64,000 nucleotides of DNA from Octopus vulgaris (Eukaryota), in the NCBI GenBank assembly GCA_951406725.2, contig CATOCA020000001.1, forward strand, positions 6,944,001-7,008,000, written 5' to 3'. The notes below the pieces were generated by a model. It searched no databases. It was not told the origin of the DNA and saw only the letters and a program-made list of their open reading frames with translations. Position 1 is the stretch's first letter. Every line of letters begins with the position of its first letter. Below are positions 26,060 through 38,031 of the stretch, in pieces. Position numbers and translations under genes: made by a program.

Positions 26060-28993
26060 ATACACATACCAGACTACTAAACACCAAATAACACCAACAT
26101 GAAATATGTATCCTCTGACCAAGTGGCAAACCAAAGAGGTAACTCTTTTTTACTGTCTTACCTAGAAAATATGAAGGCCGACCTAAGCCAGGATATCCAA
26201 CGAGCTATCAGCAACCACCTATGCAAATCACAAGGACCACACACCCACTACCAACAAGAAAATCATACACACACAGCTCCATACAAGAACTACCCACATT
26301 GTTACCACTGAACAACATAAAACACAACTTAGAACAAGGCAAACATCAAACTCCCCTTACCTCGACATTCCTGTTAAATGTACGTGGCATCAACCCATCA
26401 ATTATTGCCCAAAAATGGAAGATCCCATAGATAGAGAGTTGGCTTGCCGAAACGGCACATTGCTTCCCTTTCTTTATCCTTACTGAGACTCACCTGAACA
26501 ACACCCATATGGACGCCGAGGTGAAAATAAAAGATTTCACCATTGTTCGTGTGGATCGCACAGACCGAAATAAGGGAGGGACAGCCATCTTTATCCATCT
26601 ATGACTCCTTTTCACTTGATGCCAAGAATATATTTTCCAATGGCTATTGTGAATCTGTATCACTATTCAGCAAGGCCAAGGACATAATCATTGTTGGTCT
26701 TTACAGGCCTCCCCAAGCACCTCTAAAGTGCTTTGAAGAGTGCCTTAGTAAAGTCAAGTCCTTCCTTCGGAAGTACAACTCCGGAAACATACTAGTGGAT
26801 GGGTGATTTTAACCTCCCTTATGTGAACTGGCCCACAAATACTCTGAAGTTAGGCAAATGCTCTACATCAGATAGAGCAGCAGCAGAACTGCTCTTTAAT
26901 CTAATGGATGAATACTTCCTGACTCAGCTAGTGCTCGAACCAACGAGACAGAATAAAACGATCTTGGATCTGGTATTGACGAATCACTCTAGCTTCGTTC
27001 ACAGTATTTCAGTTGAAAAAACTCTCCTCTCATACCACGACATGGTACTCTGCAATTTCAATTCCCGACATATAAAAACCAAACCAGCCAATCCCACTCC
27101 ATGGCACTCATTTGACAACATAAACTTTCACAAAGCGGACTGGGGAGCAACCAGAAAGGATCTGTCTTGCATAGACTTATCTTTCACTCACAATTCCACC
27201 CATACTGAGACCGCATGGCAGCACTTTGAAAACATTGTCACCTATACAGAACAATACTGCTCTGTCTGATATTGACGCAAGAGAAGCGAACAAAGTTGAC
27301 CCTCAACATAAAATCTCAGACATAACCTTTTATTGCCACTGACATCACAGCAGCAATAAATGAGATCAAATACTACTCTGCTGTAGGCCCTGATAGATTC
27401 CCCGCTAGTCTCCTGAAGGAATGTAAATACCAACTTGCAGTCCCTCTGACCAACCTCTGGAGAAATTCGTTAGACGCAGGTTATATACCGAAACAGTTTC
27501 TATCCAAGTCAGTCATCCCGGTTTTCAAACAGGGAAACAGATCCCTCGCACTCAACTATCGCCCAATCTCACTCACCTCCCACATCATCAAAGTGTTTGA
27601 AATTGTGTTAAGATCAAGGATAGCTGACTTCCTGGAGACCCACAAACTCCTAAATGCAAATCAGCATGGCTTTCGCTGTGGCAGGGACTGTCTAACACGG
27701 CTCTTACACCACATTGAAGATGTACTCAAAGCCTTGGGAACAGGTTCGAACTCTGATGTCATATATCTTGACTTCAGTGAAGCGTTCGACAGGGTAGACC
27801 ATAATATCCTACTCTCAAAATTGGCAAATGTTGGAATCCGTGGAAAAGTTCTACACTGGATCAAGTATTTCCTGGCGAATAAAACACATGTTGTAGTTGA
27901 TGGAGTCCACTCAAGCCCAGCAAAAGTCACCAGCGGTGTCCCCCAGGGGACTGTCTTAGGTCCGCTACTCTTCATAATCTACATAAACGACCTTTCCAGT
28001 GTCGTACATTACTGCAAAGTGAAAATATTTGCTGATGACACCAAGCTCCAGCAAATCGTCAATGAAGAAGCAGACCGAACTCAACTCCAGTCTGATCTAT
28101 ATGCTGTGAGTCAATGGGCAAACAGAAACAAAATGCAACTGAATGAGGGAAAATTTGAGCTGATGCATTTTGGAAGAAACTCCTCACTAAACCAACCATA
28201 CTCTTCCTTCAGGGGAACCGCTCACAGCCTCTAACAATATCAGAGACCTGGGTGTAATTGTTGATGACGATCTCAGTTGGAGTGCACACATCAACAAGAA
28301 GGTCGATATAGCTCATAGGATGAGTTCCTGGATCTTAAGAACTTTCCAGTCCAGAGAACAAGGTGTCATCATACCACTTTTTTCCTCCTTTGTACGGCCA
28401 CACCTTGAATACTGCTGCCCACTGTGGTCTCCTCACACAAGACAAAACATCTCCAGGATTGAGTCACCCCAGAGGGCACTCACTAAACGAATTGAAGGCA
28501 TGGCTGCTCTCGATTATTGGGATCGCCTTAAAGCCTTGAAACTTTACTCCCTCCAGCGTCGCTGTGAGCGGTACATCATTTGTACGATGTGGAAAATATA
28601 CCGCCAACTATGCCCAAACGACCTGAACATTAGCTTCAAGGTTCATCCAAGACTGGGACCACGGGCCATTCAAGATCACAGCATACATGTACACTACAAC
28701 ATAATTTCTTTTCCTCAACAGGCCCTGCCCTATTTAACATTGTCCCGAAAGAGATCAAAGAGCAACAGGATCCCATCAACTTTAAACGGAGTCTGGATAG
28801 ATTCCTTCAAGGAATACCAGATAAGCCACCCATAATTGGATACAACTCACCCAACAAAAACTCACTACTTGAATGGACCATAAACAAAGCTTGACTTAAA
28901 CAGGATTCAAATAATCCTATCAGGTGGTGCTATTAAGTTAGACATGGCCTGGACCAATCTTTGGTCGAAACATATCTAAGTTTATCTAAGTTT
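26060..28993 (+). mobile_element. CR1-group LINE (ORF1 remnant plus APE-RT ORF2), disrupted
   Basis: APE motifs LLNVRGI, LTETHL, GLYRPP, MGDFNLP, PTRQNKTILDLVLTN; RT motifs YRPISLTS, QHGFR, YLDFSEAFDRVDH, GVPQGTVLGPLLF, FADD; VRPHLEYC...LYSLQRR. Internal deletion near 27250; (ATCTAAGTTT)2 tail. The 5' boundary is approximate. Confidence 0.9.
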
Positions 28994-29266
28994 ATATACA
29001 AATATACAAACATATATATACAAATCTATATACAAACACATACAAACATATATACAAATATATATACAAACATATATACAGACATATATATACAAATATA
29101 TATATATACAAACATATATATACAAATATATATATATACAAACATATATATATACAAACATATATACACAAACACATATATACAGACATATATACAAATA
29201 TATATACAAACATATATACACAAATATATATACAAATATATACATACAAATATATATACAAACATA
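28994..29266. repeat. (TA)n-ACAAA(C/T) compound minisatellite
   Basis: Repeated ATATATACAAAC/ATATATACAAAT units. Confidence 0.85.
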
Positions 29267-29866
29267 TGACCCTCTCCGTAACCTTCATTACCTGATCCAA
29301 CAGCTTGATACCTGTTTAATTATTTGTATCTAAAGCGTCACCTTTACTTTTGTAGTAGTTGACTATTATGCTGCTACACCAGTCATTGGGTATGACTCCT
29401 TCGTGTATCAACTGGTTAACTATACAGGTGACCAGGCTATAACCAACACTGCCAGATATTTTGAGCATCTCTGCAGTAATTCCTGATGGGCCTGGGGCTT
29501 TTCCTGTCTTCATACTTCTAATTACCTTATCTACCAAAGAACTGTCAACTCGGATAGCTGGTCCCTCAGTTGGGTCGACATTCGGCAGACTCCCTTTCTC
29601 CCATTCATTTTCTTTATTCAGCAACTTTTTCATAGTGGCGTCTCCAAACCTCTCTCTTTGCAGCCACACTTAGCGCAAGTGAACCATTATCCATGCGAAC
29701 ACATTTCTCTCCTACCACGTCACGATTCTCTCTCACACACTGTCTTGCAACACGAAATACCTCAAGTCTTTTGTCCTCACGGCGCAGAACATTGGCAAAT
29801 GTTTTCTTATCTGCTTCTCCTCTGGCTAAATAAACCGCCTCCTAGCTTCCCTTCTGGCAGTCTGAC
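29267..29866 (-). mobile_element. RTE LINE fragment (upstream RT region, apparently same family as 24227-25830)
   Basis: LLNKENEWE, MKTGKAPGPSGITAEMLK, IPNDWCSSIIVNYYKSKGDAL, GIKLLDQVMKVTERVI. Confidence 0.85.
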
Positions 29867-31689
29867 ACACTTCACCCATATAGTTAATATGGACTTCTCA
29901 AAATCTACAAAAGTTAGGCCATAAACGAAATCAGTAACAAGTTAACTTCTATAGTCATAAATATTCCACACCCTAGAGATCTCCGAATGACCAATTATGA
30001 CCGATCCAGGTATGTAGGTACGGCGGGGGGCAATTGGGTGCTTAACACTTGCAAATCTGAAGTCGCTAAAGGTGCAATAAATTGAACTTCTTTTCATTTA
30101 GCAGTTAGTGATCTGCAAATGTGGGTATCTTAGAAATGGTTAAAGTGTTTGTTGTAGCTGTAATTGTTGCACACACACAAACGAATAAAAACACACAGAC
30201 GCTCACACACACATACACACACAAATAAAAACATTCACACAGACACAAAGACTGAAATGAAAATACCAAAACACACACAAATAAAAACAGTCCCACGCAC
30301 ACAAACACTGAAAAAAATACTCACACACTCACATACGCACAAACACACACAGAGAAGTGAAAATACACAGCTACATATTCACACACTCAAACACGCGGAC
30401 AAATAGAGAAAAGAAAACAGTTACATACGCACACACTCGAAGACACAGAAAAGAAAACACTCACACAGACACATGCACAAACACACAGACATACACATAT
30501 AGAAATGAAAAATACACAGTTACACATCCAAACTCTCACACTCACACACGCACAAACACACACAGAAATTAATGTAGTCACAAACAAACATACGCACCCA
30601 CACACAGAAATGAAAACGCAGTTACACAATCACACATAAACCCTAACCCTAACTAGCACAAACATACAAGTTATTCAGAATGTAAAGGGGCATTGGGTGC
30701 TTTGCACTCGCAGTTAGAATATCAGCTCCCTCCACGCCAGTATGAGAATTTCTTTCATCCACTTGTGAAATTAATACATTGTCGCCATATGAGAAAAATA
30801 TGAGCAATATCTGAAGTCACTAAAGGTGCAATAAATTGAACTTATTTTGATTTAGTACTTAGTGATCTCAAATGTGGGTATCTTAGAAATGGTCAAAGTG
30901 CTTGTTGCATTTGTAAGTGTCGCACACACACAAACAAATAGAAACACTCAGTCGCTCACACACTCGCGCACACAGAAATAAAAACACTCTCACACACACA
31001 CAAACAACCACTGAAATGAAAATACCCATACTCACATAAATAAAAACAGTCCCACACACACAAGGAGCCCCAATAGGTATATCAAAAAAGTTTCTAGTAT
31101 TTTTCCTAGCCCATAATTTATAATAATTGAAGTTCTTACAATAAATAAATGCCTACTAAATCAGTACATCGAAAATTAAGTCCCCGTAACTTTTCGGTTC
31201 TGCAAAAGAGACCTATACATTAAGTAATAGGCATACAAAGAATAATTCCTGGAGTTGATTTGCTTGACTAAAGGCGGTGCTCCACCATGGTCACAATGAA
31301 ATAACTAAAAGAGTCTAACATGCAGGGAAATAACTCTAGAATATATTATTCAGACATGACACACACTGTTACGCTTTTCCTTGTTTAGTCATTTCACTGT
31401 GTCCATGCTGGAGCACAGCATTTTCTAGAGCAAATCGACACTAGGACTTACTCTATGACAGTCTAGAATTTATTTGTTGGTCGTCTTTTCCCGAAGTTAC
31501 TGGAGTGTAAAAATACCAGCATCGGTTGTCAAGCGGTTTTGGGGACACAGAAACATATATATAAATATATATCTAGTTTATATTTACTGTTGAGAAAACC
31601 GCGCGAGAGTGGTAGATTTGGAAAAGTTATAGCATATAGACTCGAGACATGGTTATTATCGCCTCGAGCCTATATGCTAGTCCTTCGCT

Positions 31690-31769
31690 TTCTGCTCAAG
31701 AGGCAACGCCAGTCGTAACTAAATTTGTTTTATTTACGAAAGATTGCCGAAACTATGCATAGTCCAGAA
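31690..31769 (+). ncRNA. type I hammerhead ribozyme motif with G5C core substitution
   Basis: Stem I TTCTG/CAGAA; core CTCAAGA (canonical CUGANGA); stem II GGCAA/TTGCC; GAAA; stem III inside the palindrome ACTATGCATAGT; GUC cleavage triplet. Confidence 0.7.
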
Positions 31770-31968
31770 TGGATAGGGTAAACGTTTTTATTTCTCTTTC
31801 CATTTCAGAATTACAATTATCACTGGTTTGGAGTTTAACTGCTCTCTCTAGTGAGTCGGATGTCCCATTATGGCCATCCCTTATATGTTTAAATATCTAT
31901 ATGTATATACATATATCTGTCAATATATACCTATGTCTCTCTCTCTCTCTCTCTCTCTCTTTCGCTCT

Positions 31969-32029
<61 letters not shown>

Positions 32030-32389
32030 CTGTCTATATACGACGGGCTACTTTCTGTTTCCGTGTACCAAATCTACTCAGAAACGTTGGTCTGTCCGAG
32101 GCTATATTGGAAGACACTTGCCCATGGAGCCACGTAGTTGGACTGAACCAGAAACACCGTGTTTGGAAAGCAAGCTACATACCACAGCCACTCTTACTGC
32201 TACATATATATATATATATATATATACTACAAAATTAGAAAATGGAGAAACATACTTAAATCAATCAAACATCAACCATCAGATGATACCCAATCAATAC
32301 TTTATTACACCATTACATAACAGTAAAGGCATTATACAAAATATATTGTGAATATAATTAGACAAGGAAATAGAAATATAAAATATAAA

Positions 32390-32429
<40 letters not shown>

Positions 32430-33289
32430 ACAGTCTTCTTTTAGTTTCCGTCTCCCAAATCCACTCACAAGGCTATGGTCGGCCCGGGACTATAGTAGAA
32501 GACATTTGCCCAACGTGCCACCCAGTGGGACAGAACTCAGAAACATTTGTTAGGTAAGCAAGCTAATTCCCATTCAGACACTACTGTTTGTTAACCGGAC
32601 AAGTTCAAGGTGAGCCCTAATTGTTTGTATGCAAATGAGTTCATTAATGGGGTCCGGAACTTTCGCGGCTGGGTCCCATAAGACAATGCATCCACCTTGG
32701 GTATAGGTGGACTGTGCTCACACACGCACAAACACCCACACATCCGCACTCACGAATATAGATACACGCAAAGACGCAATCTCGTACCTATTTATGTTTT
32801 AAATATGTTGACCTTAAAACTGTGACATTCTGAAAACACACGACCGCACTCATGCACATAGATACATGCATATACGCAAACTCGTAGCTATTTATGTTTT
32901 AAACATGTTGACCTTTAAACCATGACATTATGTGTCTGTTTGCGCGTGCATTTCTGTGAGAATGGTTGCTCACGAACCGTAATGCGCTGAGTTCAAACCA
33001 ACAGCGTTGCACCTTTGGTAAGTGTATTCAACTATAGCCTAGGGCCGACCAAAGTATTCTGAGTGGAGTTAGTAGAGGGAAACTGAAAGAAGCCCGTCGT
33101 ATATATGAATATCGGCGTAGGAATGGCTATGTTGTAAGTAGTTTGCTTGCGAACCACATGGTTTGGTGTTCACTCCCACTGCCTGTCATCTTATGCAATT
33201 GTCAACTAATGTACCCCAGGGCCGACCTAATCATTGTGATTGGATTTAGTGGAGGGAAACTGAAAGAATCCCATCGTATATATGTTTAA

Positions 33290-33335
<46 letters not shown>

Positions 33336-34365
33336 TGTGTTTGTTCGCACTCGAAGGGCACACGAGAATGCACGCACGTACTATCACATATACAGATGCA
33401 AGTTTTCTTAATAAAACGGAAAGAACTCCCGTTCCATCCCTTACAGTTTCTTTTTTGTTTTAAACACTACATATACGTGCGTGGGTATATACACGTATAT
33501 CTGTATGTGTATGTCTGGGTGAAACAGACTTTCACGGTTGGGTCACATTAGCCGATGCGACCACCTTGGGTATGTGTGGACTGTGCTCACACACGCACAA
33601 ATACCCACACTTCCGCACTCATGCACATAGATACATGCAAAGCTATTTCATGTTTTAAATATGTTGACCTTAAAACCGTGACACTCTCAAGAAATTGTAT
33701 GAGCGTGTGGGTCAGCCAATATGTGTGCTTTCATCTCTCTGTCTGTTTGCGCTCGCGCATGTGTGTGAGAGTGTTTGCTCACCAACCTCAATGTGCTGGG
33801 TTCAATCCAACAGCGTGGCACCTTCGGCAAGTGTATTCAACTATACCCCCGGGCCGACCAATGTATTCTGAGTAGGGTTGGTCAATTGAGAGAAACTGAA
33901 AGAAGACCGTCGTATATGTTTATATATATATATGTGTGTGTGAGTGTGTTCGCACTCGAATGGCACACGAGCATGCACGCATGAACCATCAGACATACAG
34001 ATGCAAGTTTTCTCAATGAAAGGGAAACAACTCCCGTTCTATCCCATACAGTTTCCGAGAGCTATGAGTAAAATTCCTTCCTTTAACTACTTTTAGTATT
34101 ATATACTTGTAAGGAAGGCAACTCTCCATACATCGCTTAGAGCCTATTATTATTCAAACACTATTTACGTTTCCTAATGTTAAATTGTATTAGTATCAAT
34201 TAACGGATGTAACTCTTGTCAAGTAAGGGATGTAGAGGGAGTTACTTTCCTTGGTTTGAGATTCATTTTTATATTTAAGTTTAAATGCCAAAGGGAGATG
34301 AAACTATGAGTTAGGGTTAGATGTGTGTATTTCCATTTCTGTGTGTGCGACTACGTGCTTTTATA

Positions 34366-34453
<88 letters not shown>

Positions 34454-34574
34454 GATACTAGAGCGCCGCCTTTAATCGATCACATCGTCCGCAGCACTTA
34501 TTCTTTGTAAGCCTAGTATTTATTCTAACTTATTCTCTTTTGCCGAACCGCTAAAATACAGGGAGTAAAACACA

Positions 34575-34840
34575 CCAGCATCGGTTAAAAACATCAACAA
34601 CTACAGTCAATCGAAGATAATGACCAAACTGTCTACTCTTATCCACCAGTTCCAACACGATTTAACAAAAAACCAGACAAATTGCTTGACTAGATTTCAC
34701 TGCAAAGCCAGTAACATCTATGGACTTCCCAAAATCTACAAAAGTTAAGCCATAAACAAAACCTGTAACAAGTTAACTTCTATAGTCATAAATATTCCAC
34801 ACCCGAGAGATCTCCGAATGAGGCCAATTATGGCCGATCC
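34575..34840 (+). mobile_element. Penelope-like RT fragment (second family)
   Basis: Translates LTKNQTNCLTRFHCKASNIYGLPKIYKS*...DLRMRPIMADP (PLE YGLPKIHK...RPI motif). Shorter copies at 29862-30010 and 36020-36120. Confidence 0.75.
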
Positions 34841-35597
34841 ATGTATGTACATACGGGGGGCATTGGGTGCTAAACAAACGCAAATCTGAAGTCGCAATAA
34901 ATTGAACTTCTTTTCATTTAGAACTTAGGGATCTGCAAATGTGGGTATCTTAGAGATGCTTAAAGTGTTTGTTGTAGCTGTAATTGTCGCACACACACAA
35001 ACGAATAAAAACACAGTCGCTCACACACACTTACACACACAAATAAAAACATTCACACAAACACAAACACTGAAATGAAAATAACAACACACACTTTCAC
35101 ACTCACACAAATAAAAACCGTCCCACGCACACAAACACTGAATAAAAATTCTCACACACACACACACACATACGCACAAATACACACACAGAAATGAAAA
35201 TACACAGCTACATATTCACACAAACACGCGGACAAACACTCGAGCATGCGCGCACGCATACAGATGCAAAGTTTCTTAATTAAATGGAAAAACTCCCGTA
35301 CCATCCCTTAGAGTCTCCAAGACACGAGGAAAACGCTTTTCATCAATCAAGGGAGGTAACTCTTTTCAAGTAAGGGATTGGCGGGAGTTACTTTCGTTGG
35401 TTTGATATTAATTTTTATGTTTAAGTTCTTTCCACTTAAATGCATTTTTGCCAAGAAGCAAATATAACTGAGTTTTCATGTGTGTGTGTGTGTGTGTGTG
35501 TGTGTGAGTGTGTGTGTGTATGTGTGTGTGCACGACTATGTGCTTCTATATACATGTATGTAGGTATATATATATCAATATATATATATATATTGAT

Positions 35598-36012
35598 AGG
35601 CGTAGGAGTGGCCGTGTGATAAACAGTTTGCTTACGAATCGCAATGTGCTGGGTTCAGTCCCACAGTGTGGCACCTTCGGCAAGTGTATTCAAATATAGC
35701 CTCGGGCCAAGCAAATACTTCTGAGTCGAGTTGGTAGACGGAAACTGAAAGAAGACTGTCGTGTATATGTTTATATATATGTGTGTGTGTATGTTTGTGG
35801 GTTTGTGTCTGTGTTTGTCCTCAAACATTGCTTCACAACTGATGCTAGTCTGTTTACGTCCCCGTAACTAAGAGGTTCAGCGAAAGAGACCGATAGAATA
35901 AGTACTAGGCCTACAAAGAATAAGTCCTGGGGTCGATATGTTCGACTAAAGTTGGTGCTCCAGCATGGCCACAATCAAATGACTGAAACAAGTAAATGAG
36001 AATAAAAGAGTA
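35598..36012 (+). mobile_element. SINE family A, older full-length copy
   Basis: AGGCGTAGGAGTGGCCGTGTG head through GACTGAAACAAGTAAATGAG tail. Other decayed copies at about 23275-23415, 23990-24075, 31177-31550, 32041-32200, 32428-32575, 32960-33280, 33770-33915 and 37585-37950. Confidence 0.8.
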
Positions 36013-37955
36013 AATAGCGACAAAAGTCTACGAAGCCTGTAACAAGTTAACTTCTATAGTCATAAATATTCTACTCCCGAGAGATCTCAGAATGAGACCA
36101 ATTACGGCCGATCCAGGTATGTAGATACGGGGGAGGCATTGGGTGCTTGGCACTCGCAGTTATAATCTCAGCCCCCTCCACGCCAGTATGAGAAGTTGTT
36201 TTATCCACTTGTGAAATTAATACATTGTCGCCATATGAGAAAAATATGAGCAATATCTGAAGTCACTAAAGGTGTAATAAATTGAACTTATTTTGATTTA
36301 GTAGTTAGTGATCTCAAATGTGGGTATCTTAGAAATGGTCAAAGTGTTTGTTGTAGTAGTAATTGTCGCACGCACACAAACAATTAAAAACACTCAGTCG
36401 AGCACACACATGTACACACACAAATAAAAACACTCTCTCACACACACAAACACTGAAATTAAAATACTAACACAAAACACATTCGCACACAAATAAACAC
36501 AAACAGTCCCACAAACACTGAAATAAAAATACTCACACACACTCACATACGTACAAAACACACACACATAGAAATGACAATACACAGTTACACATCCAAA
36601 CACTCACACACACACATAGAAATGAAAATAGTTGCACATCCAAACAAACACCCACACAGAAATGAAAATAGTCACACACAAACGTACGCACATACACACA
36701 GAAATGAAAACAGTTACACACTCACACACGCACCGAGAAATCAAAATACACATTTACACACTCCCTCACTCACACACACATGCGCAGGCACAAACATTGA
36801 ACTGGAAACACTGTCACACATGCGCGCTCACACACAGACACAGAAATGAAAGCACACACATACATTTCTTCAGAACGTAACAGTTTTATGGTCAACATAT
36901 TTAAAGCATAAATAGCAACAAGTGTGTATCTTTGCATGTATCTATGTGTGCGTGTTCGGAGGTATGTGTGTTTGTGGGTGAGCACAACACACACATATGC
37001 CCCGCTAACTTTACGGTTCCGCAAAAGAGTAAAAAAGATAGAAGTACTAAGCTTCCAAAGGATAAGACTTGGGGTACGTTTTGTTTGACTAAAGGCTGTG
37101 CTCGGGCATATGCATAAATATATATATATAAATTCATTTCATACTAATATATATATACATACATACATACAAATATACATATTTATATACATGCATTCAT
37201 AAATATATACGTGTATATACCCACATACGCATATATACTATCTAAAACAAAATAAAAACCTGATCATGTCCAAAGGGTGGTACTAGATATGGGGAGTACT
37301 TTACATAGTTTTCAGGTGTAATTAAATGTAAATTATAATGTGTATTTGTTAAAGTAAACAGCAGAAAATGTGCATGTGTATGTCTATTCTTGCACGAATG
37401 CAAGTGTGCCCTTCGCATGCGAAAAACAAACGTGCCTACATCTTAAACTGTCATGTCTTTTATTAATATGTCAAGAGAAGTAACTCTAAAATTTGATTTT
37501 TAGTTATCTCCCTCACTAATGTAGTTAATAGAATATAAACTTTTCTGGTTATTTTCTATTTTACACACTTAATTTATGCAATTATTTGACTGCGGCCATG
37601 GTAGAGCAATGCCTTTATTCGTGTAAATCCTCCCAGGACTTACACTTTGTAGGCCTAGTATTTAAACTATCGGTCCCTTTTCCCGAACCGATAAGTTCGG
37701 GGACCTGTACACACCAACACCAGTTGTCCAACGATGTTGGAGAAATAAACAGACATACAAATATATATATATACATACATGTATTCCATGCCGCAGCAGC
37801 GCCTTTATTCGAGAAAATCGACCCCAGGTCTTATTTTTTATAGGCCTAGTATTTAATCTATCTTTCACTTTTGACAAACAGCTAAGTTACAGGGACATGA
37901 ACACTCCAGCACCGGTTATTAAGTGGTGTTAGAGGGATAACCAGATATACAAAGG

Positions 37956-37987
<32 letters not shown>

Positions 37988-38031
37988 CACACTGCCCAAG
38001 ATGCCATGCACCCAGTGGGACTGAACCCGCA

